Source of the DNA: Thalia democratica
Lineage: Eukaryota
Direction: 5' to 3'
NCBI GenBank assembly: GCA_965202585.1
Contig: OZ241827.1
Span: 46,500,001 to 46,564,000 of the forward strand
Length of the DNA stretch: 64,000 nt
The notes under the pieces are model-generated. The model worked only from the letters and a program-made list of their open reading frames with translations, was not told the DNA's origin and made no database searches. Both the position numbers and the translations under genes were made by a program. The first letter of the stretch is position 1. Every line of letters begins with the position of its first letter. Below are positions 48,801-63,100 of the stretch, one piece after another.

Positions 48801-50447
48801 TTGTAGACTTTATTAGTGTGTGTATAAGAAGTTTTGTTCTGTAGTTTTTTTGAAAATATAAATAAAATACAAAAGTAACTGTAAGTAAATAATAACTAAA
48901 GTATAATTACTTTTCTTTAACTCATAAAACAGAGTAAGGTTTATTCAATCTCCAAGCTGATACAAATTAAGAGTAAAAAAACTTGAGCCCATTAACTTTT
49001 AGTCAATTGATACATTTGCATTGATGTTCTTTTTTACCATAATTTTTCCATAAACAAACACAGATACTTTAAACTTTGAATACAATTTTTATGAACTTTA
49101 TTACTATTTATAAGTTTGTACACTTAAGCGGGAATAAATTGATTGTGTATTCGAATGTGTGTTTCTTTAATACTAAATGAAGATATTTTATTTTAAAAAT
49201 ACAGTTTATACTTTATTGTCTTTCTTACATTGCATTTTCCGCCCTTTAAACATAGGGACGTCTTCTTATAAATTTACTCACTACTTTTTGCTCCTCTTTC
49301 CATATAAATCTATTCGCAACATAAGACCTTTTATACTATTTTAATCTTCAATTTGTAAGTTTATAATAATCCAAAGTACTTAAGTAATAGTAATTTTTAC
49401 ATGGTAATTATACCTATTATGCGAAAACAACAAAATAAAAATAAACGCTATAATTGGCTTAAATTTTACTTTTACTAAATGTTAGCTTAAATATACTTAA
49501 ATATTTTAAAGTAAAATAAATATAAAACGTATACTATCTTTTACTTCATAATTTAAACTATCTTGTTATTTTAAGAACAAAGCCATTAAAATAAACATTT
49601 TAAAAAATTTAAAACCTTATTTTTATTTCAATTAAAAAAAGCTATTTTAATCCTATTGAATTTAAGTAATACTGTATTTTTTTCGAAATATCTTTAAAAA
49701 TTTCAGTTAAGATTCACATAACAAAACTTTCCTAAAAAAATTAGAAGAGTGAGTGATTCATTTCCAAAACTTGTTTAGTGCTCATCAAGTTTTTTTGCAC
49801 TGAAAAAGTTTCTTCGCTTAAATAAAATATTAAGTAAAAATACAACTGTGTGCTTGTAATGAACACTAAAGCAAACATTATTTTAAATAAATGATTATGA
49901 TAAAATGGGATCGTGATTAAAAAATAATCAAGATTTTTATAAATCATATAATCAAAACTTCGTGTTTAGGTATTACTTAATGCCGATAGTGTGACTAAAT
50001 TTAACTTTTAATAACATTTATAAAAAAGTAATAAATGTGTTTAACTTATTTTGAAACAAATTACGATTTAAAAATTGTGATAAAATAATTTTATATCAAG
50101 TTTTTGTAACTTTTTTACTTTATTACTAAAAAATACTTCTTGATTTTTTAGTTGCTCAACACTCATTAAACCTTTATAGTTGAGAGTTTTGAAATAAATA
50201 ACAAACTATATTTTTAAACTGGCTTTTCTAAAATTCAGCTACGCTATATTACCTAAATTTGAGGATTCATTGTTTTAATATTAAACTTTAGTCATAGAGA
50301 AATTATTTGTAACAGTTATGGAAACTAAACTTTATTTTATTGTAATAGCCCTAAAACAATGCAGTATACAGAAAAACACTGAACTTTAAAATTTATTCTA
50401 AAACAAAACGCTTAAACACTAAAACTTGTTTTTTACTTTTTTGAATC

Positions 50448-53400
50448 GGTTTACCATCATTTCTAACCCGATCATTTCTAACAAAATCATTTCTAACTCA
50501 ATTATTTCTAACCCGATTTAATCCAATCATTTCTAATCCGATCATTTCAAACCCGATCGTTTCTAATCCGATCTCACCCGAAAATTTTTAACGCGGTCTG
50601 TTTTAATATGTTTATTTATTAATGTTTAAAATAAGGATTTGTTTTGAAAACAAACTACTATCAACAAAGTTGTTTTTTCTATTAAAATTTAGTTTATTTT
50701 GTTTAAAATATATATACAGAGAGCTATAGTTAGATCTTAATTTTAGATGTTTATTGCTATTGGAAGTTTGTTGTCCTACGCTAGACCCAGGCATCAAAAG
50801 TGGGCCATTGAAACTGAATGACACATAACAAGAAGACGAAAATTTATATACTTTAAAATCAAAACTACAAAAATCTAATTTTTATAGATTAACAGTAAGA
50901 GAAATCAATACTTTAGTATAATACTAATTAACATATTTGTGATTTGAAGTAGAAACTTTTATATAAATTTGGTTTAAACTTCATAATAAGCAACTTTAAC
51001 GTCAACTCTTTCATCAATCAGTGAGTTTCAACAAAACTAAACCAAGCCGCACAATCTTCTATCAGAATTAACTTCCAATATCTTTTCTACAAAAAACCTT
51101 CTCTGCAAAATTCAGCAACACATATTGAGACGATTTAGTAAATTGTTTCAATTATTTGAGTGCAACAATCAGCAAAATAGTCTGAATCACGCACTTTTAC
51201 ATTAAAATAAAGTTCAGGGTTACTTTTATAAAATTCATTTGGAACATACCAGAATTTCAGAATTCAAAAAAAATACAAAAATTCATAAATAAATTTTCTT
51301 CTTGTTCAAACATCAACCGAATATAATCATCCTGACTTTTAGAGTTAGGTTCTGCACATTTGTGCAACCGTTTGGTATTTCATTGTTTTTTTTATCAATT
51401 GTTTTTGTAGCTTTCAAAGCACAATCGATACAGTTAAAATAAACATTATTGAATTAAGGTACAGACAATTGTAAAAAAGAAATCAAAAATTTAAGTGCAT
51501 TGACTAACCACTAAATTTAAAACCTAAAGTCCAAAGCCCATTAAGAATACAGGTCAAATAAATATCTATCAAAACCATTGAAACATGGTTTATTATTTAC
51601 AGAGGAGAGGCGCTGCTAATAAAATCAAACTAAGTAATGAACAAAATCCTAAATATTTAGTCAACGGTTTATAAGTTTAAAATTTTGTAAATTATTGATA
51701 GTATTTAACATAAAGTATCTTATCTTAATTAAGTAAACTTAAATTAAAATTGCTTAATTTTTTGCAAAGATTAGATTAGTTTGAAAGCTAATTCCACATT
51801 TAAGTGAAAGATAATTATGACTGCATACATTCTTTTAAACATAATTATTTCACAGGTTTCCAAAAACACAAAAGTTTTAGATTATTTAGCGATTATTAAA
51901 TATGAGTTATAAATATAAGTTGTTAGCTTAATTTACATAACTTAAAAACTTATAACAAATTAATAAAATTTTTTTGTATTGTGAAACCTATTATATAGGT
52001 TTGAATTTCTAATGAAGCAAAAAACTCAGGAAATTTATAGAAATTTAGGGGTGCAAAAAACAACGAGAATAAAGTCAATAGACTTCAAGCTGGCTTTACT
52101 GTAATGAATAAAAAGAAAATATTTCACATGTAATAATCGTCTGAGAAATACTTGATTTAAGGAAACAAAGAACTTTATGGAGATTTTATAAGCTTATGCT
52201 CCTAGTTATACTTAATTTAAGACTAATTAGTTTATTTTTTTATTTCAAATTTATTTTCTAGTTCTTTTTTCGATTTTACTTACGTTATTTCAACTATATA
52301 ATAAAGCAAATTTTAAATGTATTTTCTAATTATAGTACTAATTTAAGTCGTAATTGAAAAATTTCGTATAATATATAAATTTAAGCGAAAATTTTGAAGA
52401 AAATTACCGAGGCGAGATTTAATTTATTATTATACAAATAAACATGTCTGTTTGAATATTAGTGACTTTTTTTGCTCTAGGACTAAGTAGGAATTTATAA
52501 ATGGTATGAAATCAAGACGATCAATCGACGTAACATATTTTTGCGGTTTGTTATATGACACAACTGTTTTAATAGCTAGGTTATATCTGAAAATCATGTT
52601 TTTTCACTTAATATAACATAAGTATTTAATTTCTCCTAATATTTGTTTGAATTCCATTATCTTAATAGGCCTATGCAAGTTCTAGAACAGTCTGTAAAAG
52701 TTATTAAGATGAAACTTAAAACTAACCTTTCTACAACTGATATAACATTAGTCAGCAATAACAAAACATTTACGTCAGACTTACAATGTAGTTATTAGAC
52801 CGGAGTATAAAAGTTTTTGTATCTGAATATTACAATTGCAGAGGTTTACTTTTTTAAAGTTGCTTATGTTAAAATTATTATAATCACGTGAATTACAATA
52901 AGATCCAACTTTTATATAGTTCTAACTGCTGACTTAAAAATCCTACAAATAAGAGTCAAAAATATTGTAAAGTAAACGATTTAGTAATTGTATATGATTA
53001 ACGAAAAACGTATGTTAAAGTAGATTGAAAAAACAAAAAAATATGAAATAATAAAAATAAATTAAAATTATTTGTAGGATGAAAATCAAAAAATGAGGTA
53101 ACATAAAATAAATAAAATTATGTTAAGTAAATACTAAAATTAAAATTTTTACTAAAAATATTTTTTACGTAATAATTAAAAACATTATGAGTTATGGTAA
53201 CAGAAAATTTAAAAATTTTTATTATTTAAATAACTTTATTAAGACTAGCTTGGTTTTGCAAAAAATCCAGATTAAATAATGAAAATAAAGTAAACAAGTA
53301 AAATCGGTTAGAAACGATCAGGCTAGAAGTGATCGGGTTAGAAATGATTAGGTTAAATCAGGTTAGAAGTGATCGGGTTAGAAATGGGTTAAATCACTTT

Positions 53401-53509
53401 AGAAATGATAAGGTTAGAAGTGATCGGGTTAGAAAATATCGGGTTAGAAATGATCGGGTTAGAAGTGATCGGGTTAGAAGTGATAGCGGGTTAAAAACGA
53501 TCGGCTCCC
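50448..53509 (+). mobile_element. MULE-like DNA transposon relic with TIRs built from 15-bp tandem repeats
   Basis: Arrays at about 50456-50580 (+) and 53303-53500 (-) of the same 15-mer are in inverted orientation. Flanks TTTGAATC / GTAGAATC are 6/8 identical. Weak relic peptides QPNIII..DF.ELG, ETW...RG and KVNRLQAGFTVMNKKK resemble a MULE transposase. Confidence 0.5.
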
Positions 53510-56500
53510 GTAGAATCATGTATCATTAGTTTAAAAATTTATGATTGAATTTTTACATTTTTATACAGTAATAAATATGTTATTAATTTTAAATTGTTTA
53601 TCATTTTTTGTTGGTTTAAAATTCTTCGATTATATTCGGGTAATAAAAATCTAAAATTTTTAAACCTTTTACTGAAGAGTATGTGTTATCTCCTAAATAT
53701 TCAAAATTTTTGTACTTTCTAAAGCCATGCACTTTTAGTGTTTTAACATTAGGCAAAATTTAATACCTTTGTACACTATAAACTATAAAGGATAATTGAT
53801 AGTATTAAGTTGTTTACCAAACATATTCTAGTTACATTTTGGTATAATTTCTCAAACGTTTCCTAAAAAAGTAGTTTTAATCCCCTAAGAATCACGATCT
53901 ATCTATCTCCAAAATGATTGACGTAAACTGAAATATTTTACAACAACCTTTGACGTTTTACCTAACAAAAAAAGTTCTGCTACACAAAAAGTCCTTAAAA
54001 CTCGTACGAAGTTTTAAAACGTGACAACATAACTTTAAAACAAATAATTCAACATATAAGAATGTGTTTAATGAGCTTTAAACACACCTTTAACAAGTTA
54101 TGCGAGAAAGACATTAAAACTATGCATATTTAAAGTATCAACAAATTATGTAATTAAGTTAATGTTCACCTAAATACTATTTTCATAATAATCAATTCTA
54201 AGATAAAAATTGATAGTTCTTAGAAATATAAAAACCGCAAGTTTTCAAATTTTGAAATATTGTATAACTTTTTAATTAACATTTTTTAAATCTTGTAAAT
54301 ACCTTATCATTCTATGTTTAACTTTCTTAACTTGTTTGAAATAATATTAAATAATATATAATATTAATTAATTTAGCTCTTTACTTTACAGTAAATTAAG
54401 CAGTTTGTATTAGTTAAGACGTACAACTATCTAAACTTATCATACAAAATATATATTATTTGTCCTATACGAAAACTATAATAAGCAAAGTATTACAAAC
54501 TTTACTATTTGTAGCGCAGTAGTTTGAAGACATATTTATTGACTAAATTGCTATTTCAAACAATTAAAATGAAAAATGTATTCTTTTTAATAATTGGAAA
54601 ACTATTTAAATTTAAAGTAAAGTCTTGTTCCAGTGTAAAAAAAATATTTTTTTTTTTCTCTTAGAAACTTAAAACAGTTGCAAAGAAAAATTAATTTTTT
54701 TTTTCTTTAATTGTTTAAATAACTTTAAAGAAAGTTTGACAAATTTGTACTATCTTTTTTTTAAGTTTTACAAGCAAAGCTTGTGTTCTAAGTTAGACAT
54801 TTTTCATAGTTATAATTTTTCTAAAAGTAGAAGATTAAATACTAGTTTTAATAAAGTTTTCATTATATAGTCATAAAAATATCAAAAACAGATATGTCCC
54901 TATTCAATCATCATTCCGTACAAACTTTTTATTTTCTAATTATTAGAAGAGTTTTAAAATCTTATGTATAACAGAACATGTTAATTATAAAACAGTTATT
55001 CAATATATAACTTTAACCCTTTAAAAGAAGTTAGTGGAATTTTAAAAAGTTTTATTCAAAATGTTTGTTTAAAGAGTAACTGTTTAAAAACAAAAAAACA
55101 GTTTATTCAAATTTTATCAAACATTTATAAAAAAACGCTAAAAACAAAATATTTTGTATCAACTGAAGCTTGTGTATAAATCAAACTTAGAGGTTTGACA
55201 TACTTAAAGATTCATGCCTTAAGTGTTTTGGATACAAATCAGAAACTTAAGTTATTGCTTTGAGTATCCTTTTTTGCGAGTTAGTAATTTGAATTTATTA
55301 CAACATAAAAAAATTTAAGATACGTATTTTTTTTTCATACTTTATGAACTTGAAATAGAGCTATCATTTAACTTAAAACTTTTAAAAACACGAAAACAAA
55401 ATAAATTTAATAGTTTTCAATAAGAAATTCAAATAATAAATATCTAACAATGATTAATTACTTTTTGAAAAAAACACTTCGTAAACAAACACGACTGAGT
55501 TAATTGAAAATATATTTCTGAGTTCGTTAAACTGCTTGTTTTTAGATCTAATCTATTATAATAAAGTAAAAAAAAAGGATAAACTGTTTAAAAATACTTA
55601 AGAAAAATAGTTTATTTCAAGGTTTAAAAAAAGTTTAATTTTGGAATAAATTACTTTTTACTCTATAAATTTACATAAGCATTATATTTTTTCTTTTTCA
55701 AGAACATAAATTAAATATTCACTTAAACGAAGGATACCTAGAAATTTACGTAATTATAAAACTAGACTTTATTTTTTTGAATGAAAACGAAAAAATATAT
55801 AGAATAATACATTTATATCATCAAGTTTTATATATACATTATATACAAAAAAATCATTTAAATAATATTTCACTCTAAAGTTTTTGAATAAGTAGTCTGT
55901 TTTAGGTTTTTGTTAATAGTTTTAGATAACTTAGTATGCGTCAGTAAAATAAAATAAATAAATAATTATTTGCATGCAATCAACGAAAGATTGTAGGAAT
56001 AAAGATATTGTAATCACATTCTAAAAGCTGATATTTATCATAAGCACTAACTTCTTTACCAAAAAATTTGAACATCTGTTACCGCGATCATGATTCTTTT
56101 AATAAATTTAACTTCCATATAGTTTTATAACTAAACTTTCATTAATATATAAGTTTGTGTTTTTGATTGACTTAATACCATATACCAATGCTAATTTTTG
56201 ATTTAGTTTACTAAGCTGTTTATTGTAGCATACTTAATTACGAAAGACAGTTACGGATCGTTTTATGAATCAACAGTACCGTTATAGATTTGTTTTTAAA
56301 GCTTTAAACAAATAACTTTGGTATATTTATGCAATTTTAAAACCATCAGACTAATATTTATAAAAGAATAACTCCGAAAAATACAAAGTATTAAAAATGT
56401 ATTTTTTGTTTAAATTCTAAAATAAGATACTTATGAATCTTGTATAAACTTAGTATATAGTAAAATTTAAAGATCATTATTTTTACAGTAATATTAAAAT

Positions 56501-57183
56501 TCAAACTAGCCTAAATTATGTGACAAACACGTGTTATCTTATTTAAGTCTAAATAACTGGCGTTGGGTAGAAAATTTAGCACGAACGGAATTTTTAATTA
56601 TCTTGACATTGTACTATCAAGATTTTATAACCACAAGTTATTTTCGCTTTCCATATAAAAGACCAATACCTGCAACCATTATCGATTAGTGTTGTATTAC
56701 GCATGTATTACTAAGAAATTATATTCTACAAAATTGTAGTAATAAGAGTTTTATAAAACTTTTATTGCTTAGTTAAAAATAAATACATTTAAATATGTAC
56801 GATATATATATATATATTTTTTTTTTAATTTATTTTTGAGATATTTAATTAATATTTTAACTCTTAAAAGTTATAAACTTTTGCTGGAACATTATTTTTA
56901 GTTTGTTTTGTTCGCACGCATTTAACTTGTTGTAAATAAAATAAGATCTTGTTCATATTTATGTTTTTCAAAGTAACTTTACTAAAAGCTAAGTTTATTG
57001 CTGGAAAAAGTTCAATATTTTCAAATATATATGATTCTTTCATTTTTTAGAGAAAAATTAAGTTTTAATAACAGTATTTACGGATAACAAGTGAAATTAA
57101 AATAGTCAAAAAACTATGAATTTAAAAATAACTAAAGCAATAAATAAATTTTCATAGAACTAACAAGTAAACTTCTAATCAAA

Positions 57184-60100
57184 ATGTTTTTGATAACTGT
57201 TGTCGTAGCATCATTAGTTTTAGGACTACCATCAACACAAGGTAAGAATTTTCTTTAGTTAAATTTTTGATTGTAAGTTTAATAAAAAAGTTTTCTTAGA
57301 TAACTCGTAAATAAATAACATTTTATTTATTATATTTTGCTTCAACATTTAATTTTAAAACATTAGTGATGTCATTTAAACTCACAGAGCTGTATTAATG
57401 TGATTTCATATTATATTTTTTGTTATAAATATTCAATTTTTGTTTTTATAAACTTATTATTATTACCATTAAGTTAATCTTTATATACTTTTTTGTAAAA
57501 ACTATTTTATGTACTTTACTTCTATAATTTTAAAACTAAATAAACGAATATATAACCATCTTATAATAAAAATAAGTCTTAGGATATAGAATCAATCAGA
57601 TATAACTTTATTTTTAAATGCACTTTTTCTATACTGTAAAATTTTCTAATAATTAAAATTAGCTTCAAAACTTTTGTTTCAAGGTTTAGATTGTTGGGAA
57701 TGTGCCAACGCTCATAACGATACTGACTGCTTGAATAAAGGAAAATTAGTAACATGCCGCTTAAATGAAGTTAGTTTCTGCTTTAAAGTAGATAAATAAT
57801 AAAAAATCTATAACTAAACATTTGTTACTTACAATACTTTTAATTCATATTAATTTGTTTAGGATTTTTAGTTAAGAACATTAAACTTTAACTAACATCT
57901 GATATTTTTTAATGTCATTGTAAAGGTACTTGTTACGTATTTAACTTTAAACAAAGCAGCATTGTCAACAGTGATTTGTTATTAAAGTTTTTTTTTAAGG
58001 AAAATTGTTTCACTGAAGTACGCAAAGTTCACAACAATCCGTTTAAAAAAAGAATATTCAGAAGATGCAAGCAAGAGGAAGCTTGTGGTAACAATCACAT
58101 TCAAGTACGTAAAAAAATGTATTTTAAACAAAAAGTTACACAATCAAATACTATTTTACCACTCATTGAAAGTTTATATAAATAAATATACTCTAAGTTA
58201 GTATAGGTATTTATACTGTTATCGTTGATCAGAATCCTCGGCCTGCATGGATGCCCACCCAGTGTAACGCAATAGACGGATCAGTTTGCAGGTGTTGCTG
58301 CTCGCATGACGGATGCAACTCAAGAGAGGAGACTTCTTGTCAGCGACCACGGAGTAAGTAACTATATGGTGTTTCTATGTAACAGAAAAATACAAAACGG
58401 TTTGAATAAACTAGTTTAGTAATCATAATAAACACTATAAATATTATATAAATATAAAGCTAATCTAATATATATCTAATGAGCTAATTATTTTATTCGG
58501 GGTGTAAATCTAGTAATTAAAGTTCTCAAAATCAGCGAATATTTACAGTTGTGACTTTGAAAATTTTTTCATTAGCAATTTTTCGCTTAATGAACTCATC
58601 AGTACAAAAAAACTATTTATTTTTGAATAACGTTAGTTTAATTATACTGGTTACTTCATTAAGCAAAGCACTTTTATGATAAAATTTTCAACAAATTAAT
58701 GAAAATAGGAATGAAATAGTTTTACATTTAAGTTTGTTACAATAATTAATAAAGCTTATACTAAAATTTACATAATTACAGTATAAGTTAAGAAGTTGTT
58801 AAATCAAAACACTTTTTGTTACTTTAGTTCGTATAAAATGATAAATTCGCTTAATATTGTACCTTTAATAGTGTATTTAAACTATTAAAAGTTTTAATTA
58901 GAAACTTTGTTTTAATTCAATGTACCAAATGTTATTTTACTCATGTAAACTATTTAATAACATCTAAAACTAGCTTTTTAGTAATTTAATTTTTCTTTGT
59001 TTTAAAGTAAGTTTTTGCTTGTTAATATTGTCTGAAAGCTACATTTATTTATAAAACTATTTCCCGATATAAGTGTCAATTATCTCAACTAGCTCGCTCT
59101 TTCGGCATCAAGTACTGCCTATGGTACTTAACTTTGTAGTAAAACTTTTTCAACTTTTTTGATTAATTATAATATAGTTCTTGAATAAAGATGTGCGAAT
59201 TAGTTATTTTGTTTACTACAAGGTTTCGGTAACAAAAAAATACGACCTTTTCAAGTGTAATAGAATAGTAAACTGCACAATGTTGTTGATCTATAATGTT
59301 ATTTAAAAATTTATTCACGCATGAAAATCTAAGCAAAAACCTTAAGTGTTACATGTTCGAATATCCAAGCTTATAACTGCATGGTTGGGTAAAATTAATA
59401 CTAATTTTGAAAAATTACTCGTAATTTTTTTGTCATCGAAACCTGGTAGTAAATAAAACATTTAATTTGCACATTTTTATTTAAATAAGCTCTTTACGTT
59501 TCAGTAAATCTAGCATCCTTTTTAAGTTAAGACAAATGACTATATAATATAGTTCTTGAAAACTCTATCATAAACTATGAAAATATTTAAAAACTGACAA
59601 GCTTTGGATAATACTTAGAGGTGTTTTGAAAATCCTCCAAAGTTTTAAAATCAGTTTTTCAAACTTCTAAGTTTAATCTAAAACACTGTAGGTTTTGTGA
59701 AAGACAAGTTAGAAACTTATTGATAAGTTACATTTGAAAATTATACAACAAAAGACCCACTAATATCATAATAAAGAAGTGCTTAAAATTGACTTTAATA
59801 ATTTAAATAGTTTCTAAAGTCGTGTCTTAATAACTTTTTAATATTTTTCTAAAGTATGATCTAAAGCTTGAATAAAGTTTAAAACATTTAATATTTAAAT
59901 AAAAATAATAAAAAAGTTTTAGTTTAGTACTGTACAGCTTCAGCTTTTAGTTTAACAATAATAACTTTAAGCTGATATAGTACTAAAAAATAATATAACC
60001 AAAAATTTATATAATCATTTACTTATTTTTAAACTTTGAAAATTTATTTTTACTTCACAGCATTTATAACGAATATCTTAAAAATTACATATTTTGTTAA

Positions 60101-63100
60101 AAAACATTTTCCAGTGCCAATACCAGACCCGAACCCATGTGTTAAAGACGAGAATCTATTGAACGGACATGGGCATTGCGATGTTTATCATGATCAAACT
60201 ATTTGTCATTATTCGTGCAAAACAGGCTAGTTTAAGTTTGCATATAATACTTTAAGTAATTTTTTAGTATACTTAGTATAAGTAAAACCTATTTTTTGCT
60301 CAAAAGTTAAAAGCTTTATTTATATACCTTTAACTGTCACAATTATTAATGCACAGTGCATGCACACTTGAAATATTTATTTTTAAACAAACTTTTTAAT
60401 CCTACAAAATAACTTTTGAATTTTAAAACTGCAAAACATTTTAATATTTTTCTCTTCAACTCAAACTTTATTAATTTTTTATAGGATTTGTTATGTTTGG
60501 AACCTCATACACAGTCTGTAAACATGCTAACCCTAGAGAAAGAACACCAAAGCCAATCTGTAAGTTGCAATATTACCAATCTAAACGCTAAACAAAATTT
60601 AGAAAAATATTCAAGGTAAAACTTTTGAAGCATTACAGTAAGTTATTTACAAAGTTTTCAATAAATTTTAACTTACTTTGATTTTATAGTAAAAGTGATT
60701 AAGTTTTCACATTTTGATTGATATAGGTCGAAGATGCTTTAAATAAGTCAAGTTTAAAGTTTGTTTGCATATAAACACAAAAACTATGTGGTTTATGTAA
60801 CTTCGTGTGCTTTGACAACAACGATTCTATCAATGTCGTGCCAGAATTTGTAATTTAAGTTGTGGTAGAAATTAGATAATACTTGTGTACATACATTAAC
60901 ACTTTAAACTTATATAACAAGTAAACTAATATACAGTACAACATAGACAATATTGTTCCATAGAACTACACTATTTTACAATTAACTTTTTTCACTAAGT
61001 CGTAAACTTTAACTTTAACACTTTATTTCTTTTGTTAAAAAATAAAAATTGAATATATAAAGAAGTTATAAATAAGTAATTAACAGTTGTGTTAAACTAT
61101 AAAGCGTTTCATGATAGAATACAAATCGAAAAATATTAATAATACAAATAGAATATTAATCAAAAAAATTATCAAACATCAAGACATATATAAGTTTTAT
61201 ACAAATAGTTAAGCTTACTTAGCTTAAGGCCATAAAAGTTTACTCTTCTCTGAAAAAGTGTTTACTGTTAAGTCAAAATTTAACAGTTTTTAAGCTTGAT
61301 AAAAAGAAGTATAAATCGTATTCTTCAATTTAGTATACGAGTTATTACAAAATAGACAACAGCTTGAAAATGAATGTTTATTTTCAACAAATATAGAAGA
61401 AATAGAACAAAAGTAGAAGGTTATTATAATAACAATTTAACTAAGTTTGTCTTAAACTACTATTTAAATAGTATATAACATTATGTTTTCAAACTTGTTT
61501 ATGAACAAATGTATTTTTAATAAACTAATTATGAGACAAACATTCTTATATGTAAGTAAAAGTTTCTTAAGTACTTAAATTAATCATTTTCGGAAACAAA
61601 TATTTTTAAGTTTAATAACTAACATATCATTTGTTTTCTTTGCTTAGTCTTTAATTGTTTAGTATGGACATTGGACATCTAAAAATTACGCACCTTAATT
61701 GTTTTTTAAGCTATTAAATGTTTACAACGGATAATTAAATCTATACCTATAAACTAAACCTACAAAGAAAAAGTTCATGTAAACAGACACACAAAACAAA
61801 AACACTTTAATTATTTTTTTTTCTTAGAAAACAAAACTATAGTTAGCCTAAATACTATCAACTTAATTATTTGAAAGTAATTACAATTAGAAATTTAGAT
61901 TACCTGTTTTTAAAAACAACTACATCAAGTAAATCTACCTACACTATAGTAATACTAGCTATTAAACGTTTTTTTCTACTAATTTAAAACATAATTAAAA
62001 TATGTTAGTAATTGCTACAGTCTATACTAGACCAATATCACTAGCACCCAATTAACATGCTCATTAAATAGTATCCTTAGACATGTATATAAGTAAACCG
62101 TGATACATATGAAAATAGTTTAATTCAACTTTTTTTCCATAAGTTTTCCATTTGATATCTTTGACATTTTTAGTCGCTTATAAACACTTACATACAAATC
62201 ATATTTACATATAAACGTTTTGCCACCTTTATCAAACAGATTCTTATTATCAAACATTATTACATCTTTTATAGGTGAGGTTCCTCCAAAAGGTAAATGC
62301 AAACAGCTGACTGCGCCAGAAAATGGAAATATGACTTGTTCTGACTCAAAAAACGAACAAGGTACCGAATGCGCATTCTCATGCGATCAAGGTATGTCAA
62401 TTTATTTATTTTGTTGATGGACTGATTACTAAATAGGCTGTTGCTTGTAATCAATTTTTTATTTAAATAGCCAAAATATAATTAACTGTTTACTAATAAT
62501 ACAATTAACTTTTGAATGTTAGTTATTAAAACAGTAATATATATTTTTTTTACTTAATCATATATATTTCTACTTGTATACTAACATTTCCCATCCACAA
62601 AAATCACACCTGCGCACAATTCCCACCTTATTTTTTCTTTGCTTTTTTTTCACTATCACTGTACCTGCAACCCTTACACTTGGTCTGTAAGCGATTCTCG
62701 GATTTGATCGGATGAAAATTGATTGCGGATGGGATTTTTGCGGTTCCCATGCCTACTAGTGTTACAAAGCACTAATTATAATAAGTTTTATAAATTAACA
62801 AGCTTTATGCTTATTCAAACTTTTACATGACATTATACACTTTGAAAAATAAACACAGGCTACAGAATGATCGGACAACCAAAGCTGACTTGCACAACAG
62901 GCAGAAGAGATAGAGAGTTGAAATGGAATTACGAAGTTCCAACGTGCATATGTAAATATTTTTCTTCAAAACCTACTTTCCAGCAAATAATTAAATAAAT
63001 CTTTTAAATGTACAAAATCACTAAAAATACTAGCTTAGCTTTCAATAAGAAACTGTTACTAAATAATCCTCTTTTTCACAGTTGTCAAATGCAAAGAACA

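Noticed and set aside
53329-53529. 66-aa ORF with VRSDR repeats; likewise ORF 25448..25645
   Set aside because: These are translations of the 15-bp tandem array and of hAT subterminal repeats, respectively.
58560-58610. Hammerhead-like CUGAUGA GUUCAUUAAGC GAAA AAUUG on the minus strand in an intron of the LU-CCP-vWA gene
   Set aside because: Core words are present, but stem III/UH and stem I do not close properly. It is possibly a decayed relic and is not supportable as a ribozyme.
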